NCBI GenBank assembly: GCA_963817915.1
Contig: CAWFQL010000003.1
Coordinates: 1 to 64,000, forward strand
Origin: an uncultured candidate division Zixibacteria bacterium
Lineage (GTDB): Bacteria; Zixibacteria; MSB-5A5; UBA10806
Direction of reading: 5' to 3'
DNA length: 64,000 nt
Shown: one piece after another, positions 42,009 to 52,587 of the stretch
Position numbering within the stretch: position 1 is the stretch's first letter
Layout: the number at the start of each line of letters is the position of its first letter
Notes under the pieces: model-generated
The model's input: the letters and a program-made list of their open reading frames with translations, nothing else
The model's database searches: none
Told to the model about the DNA's origin: nothing
Program-made: the position numbers and the translations under genes

Positions 42009-43688
42009 CTACTTCAATAACACTAATTTTCTTACGTTACTTTCGGTGCCAACGCTAAGGCGGCAAAAATATATGCCCGATGGCACGTCATTGGCATTCC
42101 ATATCACAGAATGCTCGCCCGCGGCCTGAGTACCTTCCGCTAATGTTGCGATATGGCGACCAAGTATGTCGTAGATCTTCAATGTAACATCTGAATTATC
42201 GGCAATGCTATATTTAATTGTCGTAGAGGCGTTGAAGGGGTTGGGGTAGTTGGGGAAGAGATTGAATCCGGTGGGCAGCAAATTAGGATCGTCTTCGATC
42301 CCAACTATGTTGGCAACAAGATGGCAAATTTGGATGGTATTCCCACTGTCGGATCGGGAAACAACAATCTCGTCTTCTCCGTCGAAATCCAAATCAAAAA
42401 TGTTGTTGAGAGCCGTATTTTGATCAATAATTATTGCGGATTGCAATCCATTTGAACCATTATAAGTCATTGGGTTAAAATACCTGGCCATGATCTGGGG
42501 CTCATTGAAATGGATTGAGGAATGGTAAATTCCTGATATTTCTAAAGTATATGTGAAAAACCTAGTAGACCATAGCGGCGCAAGTCCCGGAAATGATTTT
42601 AAAAAGATACTGTCGGGTGATGTGAAGCAAATCTCCTCTCCAGAATTAGTCTGTGATATTTCCCCAGTAGTGAGACTTAGTATCTCGTATTCCTGACGGC
42701 CTGAGGGTGTAAATCCCGTATAGCTCCAAACTTGCTGTGGCGCTCCCACGACATCAGCCGAAACTAACCTTAAATCCATCGAATTTTGACTGTACGAGTT
42801 GCTGCCATATACCATTGACCTATAATGCTCTACGGACTTAGAAATAGAGCAATAATATGTTGAACCATCGATTTGCTTCAAATTACCTGAAATAAATTGC
42901 CCTGCGCCGCGATAGGCCGTTATTCCTAGATTCGCACCATTTACCATAATAATTGCGCCGTTTTTCCGTAATACATAACTGGTCCTGAATGGATCTTCAG
43001 GGAGATACAAGGTGCTTTGCCTGCTGGTGAAAATCAGAATTTTGGATACAATTCCATTATTGCCTGATAAGGGTTCTATATTCACCCTTACCGGGTCTTC
43101 ATTACAATTATAATCACTGCTATAACTACCATCTACCAGAAAGAAGGCCGAACCGCCAAAATTGAAATCAGGGCCATCGTATACATTAATCCAAGCGGTG
43201 TCCTGCGCGTCGCTATTCCTCAGAGGTTCACGCCAAACAAAAACTATATCTTTATAACCATCTGAATTTCTATCCCCTAAACCAAAAATAGCATTTCCAG
43301 GCAAGCTTGGACTTGTCCAGATAAGCTGAGAATGGATTATATCGAATACTCTTAGACAATTATTATCCCTTATCACCAGATCAATATCGCCGTCATTATT
43401 CATATCTTGAAAATTATCCTGCGAGCGGGGAAAAAAATGCGGCCCTGACAATTCTGGACTGATCCAAATTGATGTTCCTTCAGGATAAGAATACACGTAA
43501 ACATGAGAGTTACCGACGGCAACCAATTCGGGAGAGTTGTCATTTTGAAAATTGACAGAATAATACTGCCTGATGTTTTCCTGAACTGATATCGTATTAA
43601 TCGTTGACAGCCTCAGCGAGTCTACCTGTGCCAAGGCCGTTACGCAAAAGGCCAAAACAACCCCGATTACAATGGCTATATTTCTCAT
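42009..43688 (-). CDS. Secreted protein with C-terminal sorting domain
   Basis: Signal peptide, DMNNDGDIDL, NYPNPFN...LVLLK tail. Confidence 0.85.
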   Translation of the reverse strand: MRNIAIVIGVVLAFCVTALAQVDSLRLSTINTISVQENIRQYYSVNFQNDNSPELVAVGNSHVYVYSYPEGTSIWISPELSGPHFFPRSQDNFQDMNNDGDIDLVIRDNNCLRVFDIIHSQLIWTSPSLPGNAIFGLGDRNSDGYKDIVFVWREPLRNSDAQDTAWINVYDGPDFNFGGSAFFLVDGSYSSDYNCNEDPVRVNIEPLSGNNGIVSKILIFTSRQSTLYLPEDPFRTSYVLRKNGAIIMVNGANLGITAYRGAGQFISGNLKQIDGSTYYCSISKSVEHYRSMVYGSNSYSQNSMDLRLVSADVVGAPQQVWSYTGFTPSGRQEYEILSLTTGEISQTNSGEEICFTSPDSIFLKSFPGLAPLWSTRFFTYTLEISGIYHSSIHFNEPQIMARYFNPMTYNGSNGLQSAIIIDQNTALNNIFDLDFDGEDEIVVSRSDSGNTIQICHLVANIVGIEDDPNLLPTGFNLFPNYPNPFNASTTIKYSIADNSDVTLKIYDILGRHIATLAEGTQAAGEHSVIWNANDVPSGIYFCRLSVGTESNVRKLVLLK

Positions 43689-43828
43689 AAATCCTCCTCG
43701 ATACGATAGTTTCCAGGAATCGATTTAAGGCAGTTCTTGCCGAGCACCCTTTAATGGAATAAATATACTGAATCTATGGGTTTAGTCAAGATATTTGTCC
43801 ATATTTAGGCGGGTTAGAAAAAGATAAC

Positions 43829-43915
43829 GATCTCTCGAAACTGGGCTTGCGCGCGATGCTCTGCGGCGCCTTCGCCAGCTGGACCACCTGCTGTATTGCC
43901 GGGATTTTGCTGTAA
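43829..43915 (+). pseudogene. nupC: Second copy of the nupC 3' end (28 codons plus stop)
   Basis: Encodes the identical DLSKLGLRAMLCGAFASWTTCCIAGILL; 10 nucleotide differences from 41911-41997, all silent. Confidence 0.92.
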
Positions 43916-43931
43916 AAAGCTTGATGGCTTC

Positions 43932-44876
43932 TTAATGATAATCCGAATACAGTGTATCCGCGAATGCGTTGAAATACGGGTCGTTTGTGAGTAGTGTCAA
44001 ATGTCTTAAAAGCGCGGTTACAAGACTATGATAGTCGGCATATTGGAATGAGAATCTGAGATCATAGTGTGATATACCGCCAGGAACTCTCCAATGACCG
44101 GCATAGTGCGCAATCGTTGTACAGGCCCCCCTGAAAAGCATAAGACATCTGGAATCATGGCTTATATGATAATAATCATGTAAACCAATTATAGCTGCCA
44201 TGAATCCATTAAAAACATGATTTGGAGGATGAAAAGGGTATTCTTCTATCCAATAATAACCTGCAGAATCGACAAATGTTATCCATGCGTTAGACGATGA
44301 ATCCATATAGAGAAAAGTATTAAAAACGCTGTCCGCTAAGGATTTCATTGTATCATCGCCGGTTATTTCATATGTTCGTGAATATAAAGAGAGAACAAGA
44401 CCCTGGGCAAATCCTGAATACCATGGGGCCACCATAACATCATTTGTTTGGCCATCATGAAGGGCATAGTTAAATGGGTAAGGTGCATAAATACCGCCAT
44501 GATATCGATCGCCCAGTACGGCTAATTTTTCACAATAACTATTAACCCTGTCCAAATAACGCTGATCATGATTTATTCTATAGCTATTTAAATAAAAAAG
44601 TCCATGGTTGGCTATATTAAAGGGGTGATAATAATATTGATTGTTGTAATATGATAACACTATGTTTTCCGCGTCGTGAGCAAAATTATCGACATAGTTG
44701 AGCGATTCTGAGTGAGTATACCACCTTTGCGACCAATCGAGATTTGCATTTATATTATAGTCATTATATTTAAATTCCATATCTGGGATATCGATCGATT
44801 TTGACGGACGATCAGATGTGCAACCTGCAGTTATTATCAACATTAGCGGCAAAAGGAATTTGCGAATATTCATCAT
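43932..44876 (-). CDS. D-glucuronyl C5-epimerase C-terminal-domain lipoprotein
   Basis: TAGC lipobox; WYSGFAQG, WIEEYP, HVFNGF, SHYDL and YH motifs. Confidence 0.75.
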   Translation of the reverse strand: MMNIRKFLLPLMLIITAGCTSDRPSKSIDIPDMEFKYNDYNINANLDWSQRWYTHSESLNYVDNFAHDAENIVLSYYNNQYYYHPFNIANHGLFYLNSYRINHDQRYLDRVNSYCEKLAVLGDRYHGGIYAPYPFNYALHDGQTNDVMVAPWYSGFAQGLVLSLYSRTYEITGDDTMKSLADSVFNTFLYMDSSSNAWITFVDSAGYYWIEEYPFHPPNHVFNGFMAAIIGLHDYYHISHDSRCLMLFRGACTTIAHYAGHWRVPGGISHYDLRFSFQYADYHSLVTALLRHLTLLTNDPYFNAFADTLYSDYH

Positions 44877-45020
44877 TCATTCTCCCTTTTGGATTTAAAG
44901 CTCAGGATTTGCATCCTTATGGCCTGTTTTTATATAAGCAAGCCGGTCGCCAGATGCAATAAAAAAACTTGACATTTAGGCCTAAATCAATAAGTTGGAC
45001 TTCCGATAGAGTTATTGAAT

Positions 45021-45093
<73 letters not shown>

Positions 45094-45111
45094 TTTTTTT
45101 TATATAGATTA

Positions 45112-45207
45112 TAGCCTCAGCTGATGGAGTTCGGCAGTCGCCGGATTAATCACTGGGTCGCTGGCTGAAAGTCCGGCTTTCGACGGATTCGAATCCGGCC
45201 CGGGGAG
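45112..45207 (+). pseudogene. Degenerate tRNA-Asn copy interrupted by two short palindromic segments
   Basis: D-arm-like start; exact TTAATCACTGGGTCGCTGG and TTCGAATCCGGCCCGGGGAG; anticodon lost. Confidence 0.8.
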
Positions 45208-45285
45208 TTTTTTTTTACTCCATAAATAAATTAATCAGAAAATTTAAAAGTGGAATATGCGAGTAGTTGGAAATATAATTAGAAG

Positions 45286-45834
45286 ATGCTGCTCCCAACT
45301 CTAAAAGGTACTCATCTCTGTCTAAGGCCGCTTAAACGATCCGACATCCCGGCGCTGAAAAGGCAGGGAAACGACCAGACTATCTCGAGATTTATTCCAT
45401 CGATTCACTTCCCATATACTTCTGAAAATGCTCGCCGCTGGGTAAACCGCACATGTCGTTTGGCACGAAATGATTCGGCCTGCCAGTTGGGAATTGAGCT
45501 AATCGCCAAAAAAGGTATAATAGGCATGATGGGTCTAAAGAATCTCAACCGAGTCGACCGCAACGGAGAATTGGAGTATTGGCTGGGGCGTAGTTACAGA
45601 GGTCAGTCATACTCCTCGGAGGCTATGAAGTTAATGCTTGGATATGCATTTAACGATCTCTGTCTGCACCGTGTTTATGCGATAGTAGTTTCATCAAACG
45701 TGCCTTCCGTCAAATTGCTGGAACGGTTTGGTTTTAAGCGGGAAGCGGTATGGCGCGATGCTTCTTGGATGAACAAGAGCTGGCATGATGTTTATTGCTA
45801 TGGCCTGCTGGAGTCAGAAGCAGAGCGAGTATAA
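45286..45834 (+). CDS. RimJ/RimL family GNAT N-acetyltransferase
   Basis: LCLRPL, ELEYWLG, NVPSVKLLERFGFKRE, WHDVYCYGLL. Confidence 0.88.
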   Translation: MLLPTLKGTHLCLRPLKRSDIPALKRQGNDQTISRFIPSIHFPYTSENARRWVNRTCRLARNDSACQLGIELIAKKGIIGMMGLKNLNRVDRNGELEYWLGRSYRGQSYSSEAMKLMLGYAFNDLCLHRVYAIVVSSNVPSVKLLERFGFKREAVWRDASWMNKSWHDVYCYGLLESEAERV

Positions 45835-46027
45835 AAAATTCATGTTATCTATGAATAGAGAGTTGGATAATTCGCGAATTAAAGAGCCCGGGGAGTTTTT
45901 TTATCGCCAATAATTCTAATAAACAATTGACATCCATTGTATCCATATTTATATTTAGCCTATAAAAATATTAATCTTCCGTTTCTATAACGGGATTCCA
46001 TGAAACCATAACGTTTCTGGAGGATAC

Positions 46028-48121
46028 ATGAAAAGAACAGTTTTATTGGCAATCCTGCTAATATTGACAATTTATCCAATTGAGGGCCGAAGTGAAATCG
46101 ATCATATAAGCTCTACACTCATATCCGGGGATATAAATGGCCTAGCCTTTTCCGGAAACTATATCTATGGTACGGGGGAATATTCGCTTAAGATATTTGA
46201 TTTCTCCAACCCAGATACCCTGCAGCCAATATATATGCAAAGGCTTACTTACGAAACAGATCGGATTTTTGTTCACAATGGTTACGTCTATGTAGGACCG
46301 GAGCTTTATAGTTTAAGCAATGATGGTATTCCACGTTTTGTTCGGAATCTCGAATTGAACCCCGCAGATATGAGCTTTGTAGGCGATACCGCTTATGTTG
46401 GTACAATGGGCGACGGTTTTCATATTTATGATATTGCCGATCCGCAAAATCCGGTCGACCTCGGCAATTATTTAGGTGGTAATCTGGTTTGGATCGATTT
46501 TGTTGAAATCGTTGGCCAGTACGCCTATCTACCTGGCGGCGGCCTTTTAATACTAGATATATCTGATCCAGCGGAAATATCCTATGCAGGTCATTACGCA
46601 ATGGAAGAAGTACCGGTAAAATTATCAATAGAGGAAAATAAAGCTTTTGTCTCATGGTATCTTTATACTTACCCCTCCGGACATACTTATGGCATCGATA
46701 TCCTCGATATCTCCACGCCGACTTCGCCTCAATTAATCGAAAGACTGTCACTGGATAGAATGCCCTGCAATTTCTATCAATATAATAATTATCTATATGT
46801 ACTGAGCGATGGCATCCGAACATACAGAATTTACGATTGGGGACTTGATGAGGTTGGCCAATTCGGAATTTTCTCTAATGATTATTTTATCACAGGAAAT
46901 GAAGATCACATTTTCGTGGGGAATTCATATCAGCAGGATTTGGCTGCTATAAATGCATCCGATCCGGAGAGTCTTTACGTAGAAGCTTCATACTCAGGCC
47001 CAGGAAGTGTCCAAAAGGTTGAAGTTGTCGACGGGTATGCATACACCGCCTGCTGGCCATCTGGATTAAAAATTGTCGATGTCTCGAATCCATTATCTCC
47101 CAACCTGGTGGGCGGTTGTCAAATTCCAATACTTCCGAACGTAGAACTGTTCATCTCGCCTCCTCATGCCTTTTCTACAGGCGGATCAATAATAAATATA
47201 GCTGATCCTGACAGTCCGTATGTGGCTGTTACAGATAGTATTTTGATTGGCAATGATATTTTTGTAAAAGACAATTATGCATATGTTGGGGGAATTTTCG
47301 GCCTGAAGATCATTAATATTGTCGACCCGTTAAATCCTGCTCTAGTTACGCTGTTGCCCAATCTGGAAATCGTAAGTGATATCTTTGTTTCGGGGAATTA
47401 CGCCTATGTCACTTGTGATCGATACCCAAATTACAACATCAAGATATTTAATATAGGCGACCGATCCTCACTGGTGTTGGTTGCCCAGTTGGATTCTTCG
47501 CGTACCGCAATAGTAGTTGGCCAATATGCCTATTGCACCGGCGTGAATTCTTCGTTATCAATTTATAATATTGTCGATCCGGCCAATCCGCAGTTTGTCG
47601 GATCCTATGGAAATGGTGGTGTCGAAGATTTAGCTATAGGCGGCAATTATGCATACTTTTCTACCTCTGATAATTTTGGCGTTACGATGATTGATATTTC
47701 TGATCCAAGCAACCCGACAAACTTCGATGATTATCCGTTGCGTTACATAAATGACTTATTTGTCGCCGACGGATATATTTTTGTCGCAACCACACGATCG
47801 CTTGAAATACTGAGAAGAATCCCAACGGGAATTGAAGAGGATAAAAATGTCTTGCCATCATCCTTCAGCCTTTCCCAATCCTACCCCAACCCCTTCAACC
47901 CCTCCACCACAATCGAATACGATCTGATTAAAGACACCGATGTCACCCTGAATATCTACGATATCCTCGGCCGCAATGTCGCGACATTAGTCAATCAGAA
48001 ACAGCCCGCCGGCCGACATAATGCGATCTGGAACGCAGGTGCATATTCATCGGGCATATATTTCTACAGAATCCAGGCCGGCGATTATACCGAAACCAAG
48101 AAAATGGTGCTGATGAAATAA
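46028..48121 (+). CDS. LVIVD-repeat secreted protein with C-terminal sorting domain
   Basis: LKIVDVSNP-type repeats; SYPNPFN...MVLMK tail. Confidence 0.88.
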   Translation: MKRTVLLAILLILTIYPIEGRSEIDHISSTLISGDINGLAFSGNYIYGTGEYSLKIFDFSNPDTLQPIYMQRLTYETDRIFVHNGYVYVGPELYSLSNDGIPRFVRNLELNPADMSFVGDTAYVGTMGDGFHIYDIADPQNPVDLGNYLGGNLVWIDFVEIVGQYAYLPGGGLLILDISDPAEISYAGHYAMEEVPVKLSIEENKAFVSWYLYTYPSGHTYGIDILDISTPTSPQLIERLSLDRMPCNFYQYNNYLYVLSDGIRTYRIYDWGLDEVGQFGIFSNDYFITGNEDHIFVGNSYQQDLAAINASDPESLYVEASYSGPGSVQKVEVVDGYAYTACWPSGLKIVDVSNPLSPNLVGGCQIPILPNVELFISPPHAFSTGGSIINIADPDSPYVAVTDSILIGNDIFVKDNYAYVGGIFGLKIINIVDPLNPALVTLLPNLEIVSDIFVSGNYAYVTCDRYPNYNIKIFNIGDRSSLVLVAQLDSSRTAIVVGQYAYCTGVNSSLSIYNIVDPANPQFVGSYGNGGVEDLAIGGNYAYFSTSDNFGVTMIDISDPSNPTNFDDYPLRYINDLFVADGYIFVATTRSLEILRRIPTGIEEDKNVLPSSFSLSQSYPNPFNPSTTIEYDLIKDTDVTLNIYDILGRNVATLVNQKQPAGRHNAIWNAGAYSSGIYFYRIQAGDYTETKKMVLMK

Positions 48122-48218
48122 TTTTGTTGCGCGCCAGGGCTTGCCTGATCCGCCGACGATGGCAAGATACGGTTACGGCTAGCCGAGACTCGTAGAAAAC
48201 TGAACAATAGGAAAATTA

Positions 48219-49205
48219 ATGTCGAATAGCAAAAAAAAGCTATTTATAAGCCACGCCTCCGAAGACAAAGATGATTTCGTTAGACCGTTGGCCGAAACTT
48301 TATCGAAAGATTATGACGTTTGGTATGATGAATATAAGCTCAAAGTTGGCATGAGCCTGCTGCGCGAGATAAATAGGGGTCTCGTCGAATGCGACTACGG
48401 CATTGTAGTATTAAGCCCCTCTTTTTTTGCAAAAAAATGGCCTCAGGATGAATTAGATGGTCTTTACGCTCTTGAAGATAAAGATAGAAAAGTGATTTTG
48501 CCTGTATGGAAGGATATCGATTCTAATCGGCTAAAAAAGTATTCGCCTATTCTGGCCGGTCGTAAAGCTGCGCAGGCAGCCGATGGAGTTATCAAGGTAA
48601 CAGAAGATATCAAGAGAGCGATTGAATTTTTTAATATAGGAAATAAACCAAAAGAAGGACTCAATAAATTCTCAAACGCCTTACGAAAACAACAAGAGAG
48701 GATTAAATCAGAGGAGATAGTTAGGTCTTCTGCCGGCGTTCATATCGCTTATAAGGCCGCACGCGAAACAATCGATTTGATTGTAAGCCATGCCAACGCT
48801 CAGGATTCCCAAATCGGATCTGGACTATTAAGCGTCAGAGATAATAAAGATAATGGTCGCGATTGCTCTGTTAATCTTCTATGTTGGATTCGAAAATTAC
48901 TTTATATGTTTTATCACAATGGGATATTGACAATAGTGCATTATGATTCCGCCGTTTAACGAATTGAGCGTATCATGAAAGATCTTTGCGGAAATCGCCG
49001 ATCCGCCATGGGAAGAGAGTAAAGAAATATTCTCAGGATTGCAACAAAAAAGAATATGCATATCGGTATTCCATCTATGGTCAAGACTTGCAACCGATAG
49101 GGCCTTATGCTGTCAAATAATGACAATATGTATTCCCCGGATGAATTAGTTGATTATTGGCTGGGTCAATTTGCTGATTCAATGGATCCAGAAGATGTGC
49201 CGTAA
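48219..49205 (+). CDS. TIR-domain protein; C-terminal part probably frameshifted
   Basis: LFISHASEDK, VWYDE, GIVVLS, KKWPQDEL, ILPVW; ORF ends at 48959 but protein-like sequence continues to ...VDYWLGQFADSMDPEDVP* at 49205. Confidence 0.8.
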
Positions 49206-49391
49206 GGATTATCTATAAGTAACAGGAAGCTTTGATGATCGATAGTGTCCCCTTTTATAGAGAAGACCATGTTTTGCAGGATACCGGCCCTTCAGTTATT
49301 TTACTATGCCTTAGGGCTTGCCCTGACCACCAACAATGGTAAGATGCTGGTCACGGCAAGCCGTGACTCGCAAAAAAAATTGAGATATAAT

Positions 49392-49418
49392 AAAGGCGGG
49401 AGTGATTCCCGCCTTTTT
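49392..49418. terminator. Bidirectional intrinsic terminator
   Basis: AAAGGCGGGA-GTGAT-TCCCGCCTTTTT between convergent genes. Confidence 0.8.
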
Positions 49419-49442
49419 GTGTTACTCCACTCGCTCTAAAGT

Positions 49443-50778
49443 TTACGCCGCGGGTTTTATCCTGGCATCGTTATATACTGCGTCTTCGAGAGTGCCCTTG
49501 AGATAGGCATCGTAGGCGGCGAGATCGAAATGGCCATGGCCGCTCAATGTGAATACGATCGTCTTGGCCTCGCCCGTCTCTCTGCAACGAATCGCCTCAT
49601 CGATCGCCACCCTGATAGCGTGCGCGCTTTCCGGCGCGGGGATAATCCCCTCGGTATGCGCGAACTGCAATGCCGCCTCGAATACCGGGTTCTGCGCCAC
49701 CGCCACCGCCTCGATGACTTTCTCATCGTAGAGCAGGCACAATAGCGGCGCGTCGCCATGGTAACGGAGCCCGCCCGCGTGAATCGGCGCCGGGATAAAG
49801 TCATGTCCCAATGTGTGCATCTTCACCAACGGCGTCATGCCGACCGTGTCGCCGAAATCGTAACGATACTCGCCCTTGGTCAATGACGGACAGGCTGTCG
49901 GCTCGACCCCGATCAAACGGATATTTCGCCCGGCCAATTTGTCCGGCACGAATGGGAACGCCATGCCGCCGAAATTGCTTCCGCCGCCGACACATCCGAT
50001 AATTATATCCGGGTATTCGCCGATTTTCTCGAACTGCAGTTTGGTCTCCAGCCCGATTATCGATTGATGTAACAGCACATGATTCAGCACGCTTCCCAAT
50101 GAGTACTTGGTATCGTCATTCTTGGCGGCCACCTCGACCGCCTCGCTGATAGCGATTCCCAGGCTCCCCGGCGAATTCGGATCTTGAGCCAGGATCTGAT
50201 CTTCCGGCATCGGTCCTGTTTGTCGGGCTGGCGAATACTTCTGAGCCGTAGGTTTCCATCAGGATACGGCGGTACGGCTTCTGGTCGTAGCTGACTCGCA
50301 CCATATAGATCGAGCATTGCATCTTGAAAAGCTGGCAGGCGAAGGCCAGCGCACTGCCCCATTGCCCGGCGCCGGTCTCGGTTACGAGCCGTTTGACACC
50401 TTCGATCTTGTTATAATATGCCTGCGCGACTGCCGTATTTGGCTTGTGGCTCCCGGCCGGAGATACCGATTCATTCTTGAAATAGATTTTCGCCGGCGTA
50501 TCGAGGGCCTTCTCCAATCTTACCGCCCTATGCAGCGGAGTCGAACGCCATAATTTATAGACATCGAATACTTCCTCCGGAATATCGATAAACCGTTCGC
50601 GGCTGACCTCCTGCATAATCAGCCCCATCGGGAAAAGCGGCGCCAGATCGGCGGGGCCGATTGGCTGCATTGTCCCCGGATGGAGCGGGGGCGGCAATGG
50701 TTTCGGCAGGTCGGCCTGGACATTGTACCAGGCACGAGGCATTTCGCTCTCGTTCAGATAAATCTTCGTGTCTTTCAT
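49443..50778 (-). CDS. trpB: Tryptophan synthase beta chain type 2 (TrpB2); +1 frameshift near 50200
   Basis: [14 protein letters not shown] (PLP lysine), [34 protein letters not shown]. Confidence 0.93.
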
Positions 50779-50844
50779 GGCTTCTGCTCCTTTTGATGTT
50801 ATCAGTTAATGGTTTTCAATTTCCTTCAAATTCATTCCCTAAAG

Positions 50845-50961
50845 CAAAAAATCGCGGGCTTCATTCGTTCCCACGATCCAGGTTGGCATTATGCCAATAA
50901 AAAAGGCGGGAACCGTTTAAAGGTATCCCACCTGATTTTTTATTTTAATGCGGCGGGCTAC
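50845..50961 (-). promoter_or_regulatory. Transcription attenuator (antiterminator and terminator) upstream of trpB2
   Basis: Terminator AGGTGGGATACC..GGTTCCCGCCT plus T-run at about 50898-50933; CCCGCC after the leader can pair with GGTGGG; second hairpin plus T-run at 50846-50878. Confidence 0.8.
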
Positions 50962-51021
50962 CTATGGAGTCCACCACCACCAATTGGCTGTAATTGTAAT
51001 CTTTTGGCTAAAATTCTTCAT
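50962..51021 (-). CDS. trpL: Trp leader peptide MKNFSQKITITANWWWWTP
   Basis: Hand-translated; four tandem TGG codons directly before the attenuator. Confidence 0.88.
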   Translation of the reverse strand: MKNFSQKITITANWWWWTP

Positions 51022-51177
51022 AATCTTCACCGAAATCAAAATAATAATTATTCTCATTTTGTCAAGTCCTTTTTTCATTTTATGGCATAGATTGGCGACA
51101 ATTAGCCCCAAATTAGTGTAACCCTTGTCCCGGTACAAACGCCCAACTCACAGGCGGCAATACCCGTAACTCCGTAG

Positions 51178-51254
51178 TAGGTCGGCGTTTGAGGCCGTCT
51201 TCGGATGAAAACCCGACAACAAAGTTCGTAGGTCCGAACCCCTGCGGTTCGGAC
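51178..51254 (+). repeat. Two GTAG-tailed REP-like hairpins
   Basis: GTAGGTCGG..CCGAC and GTAGGTCCGAACC..GGTTCGGAC. Confidence 0.6.
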
Positions 51255-51359
51255 TTCTGACTCGTGGCAAATGCCTTGACAAATTATTTCAATTCTATAG
51301 CTTTACTTCGTCTTGCTTAAAATAATAATCGTTTCTCAGTAGAAAGGATTCTCAAAAAG

Positions 51360-51692
51360 ATGACCATCATCCATAAATCCCTTGAAGGCGATCGCTGGAA
51401 TTCTATGACTCTCATGGAGCAGATGGGGAATGTCGGAAGTGATGTTGAACGGGCCATAAATTGGCGGGCCAAGGGCAACGAAAATTATGCGATGAAAGCC
51501 TTCGAACGCTCCCTGGAATTGCTGGATTTCACTATCAGAGACCCCAAAAATTTATCGAAATTAAAAGAGCTCAATCGGGTCAGAGAATTATGGGTTGATT
51601 ATTTCATGTATTCTAACGAATATAAATCCACAGCCGAATCCTGGAAAAAATACTTCTATGCCTTCGCCTACGCCGCAAGGAAGAATAGATAA
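51360..51692 (+). CDS. Hypothetical helical protein
   Basis: 110 aa, AAGGA RBS, TTGACA promoter upstream. Confidence 0.7.
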   Translation: MTIIHKSLEGDRWNSMTLMEQMGNVGSDVERAINWRAKGNENYAMKAFERSLELLDFTIRDPKNLSKLKELNRVRELWVDYFMYSNEYKSTAESWKKYFYAFAYAARKNR

Positions 51693-51802
51693 AATAAATT
51701 ACCGTTATCCTAAAATTAAAAAAGGCGGAATCACGCTGATTCCGCCAATATCATTTTCGCTAGAATAAGAATTTTTTAAGATTCTCAGGCACTGCCCGCT
51801 AA

Positions 51803-52267
51803 TTATTCCCCTTCCCCGAAATGCTTTTCGATGGACTTCAAAACCGAATCCCAGCCCCCGCTGTTCATCTCGAACGCCTCTTTGCGGCGCGCGGGGGATA
51901 GCTTATCGAATCCTGATTCCATTACATTAAGCATGGTTCCGCCGGGCGAATCCTTTAATTCAAATGAGATATGAGTCATCGCCTCTTCGGAATAATCATA
52001 GTTGGGATCTGCCGGGAATGGGTGCCAATTCCATGAAAATAAATTTTGCGGCACCATCTCATCAATTTCCATGGCAAATTTCATCTTTTCATATTCTTTG
52101 GCATTGACCTTACCGGTTATCTTGCCGCCCGGCTTGAATGTGCCCTTCATATCAACGCTAAACCATTCGCCAAATATCTTCGCGTTGGTCATATCACGCC
52201 AAACATTTTTTCTCGAGGCCCGCAAAAAGACCTTCCTCTCGATAGTATCAGTTATTGTCGCGATCAT
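51803..52267 (-). CDS. SRPBCC/AHSA1 family protein
   Basis: IERKVFLRAS, FSWNWHP, ESGF, NSGGW. Confidence 0.85.
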   Translation of the reverse strand: MIATITDTIERKVFLRASRKNVWRDMTNAKIFGEWFSVDMKGTFKPGGKITGKVNAKEYEKMKFAMEIDEMVPQNLFSWNWHPFPADPNYDYSEEAMTHISFELKDSPGGTMLNVMESGFDKLSPARRKEAFEMNSGGWDSVLKSIEKHFGEGE

Positions 52268-52587
52268 GATAAAAACTCCTTTGGCTAATCTTGCCCGCGC
52301 TCAACGTAATTTTAGGATTTCCGGCGCCCGCAAAATCCCTTTGGAATGCAATAAACCGAACGCAGATCGAGTATTGTTCCTATCCACTTTAACCATTCTA
52401 AATATGGCTTTTTCCCCATATATTGGAGTTATATCCCATTGAGCGTAAAGGCTAAAGACAGTTCTGCAAGCACAACTTATTGCCCCGCAAGCAATTTCAT
52501 TCTGAAACAAGACGTTCTCCCTTGGAATATAGATTGCGTCATTAAACTACGATGTTATTAGCTTCGAGAATTATTAAGGAGGGAGAT

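Noticed and set aside
44937..44952. sigma54 promoter upstream of the epimerase gene
   Set aside because: GG-N10-GC is present, but the same bases fit a sigma70 TTGCAT-N17-TATATA promoter, so it is ambiguous
45112..45207. Intron-containing or second functional tRNA
   Set aside because: The 5' acceptor strand and anticodon are missing and the inserts are not at canonical intron positions
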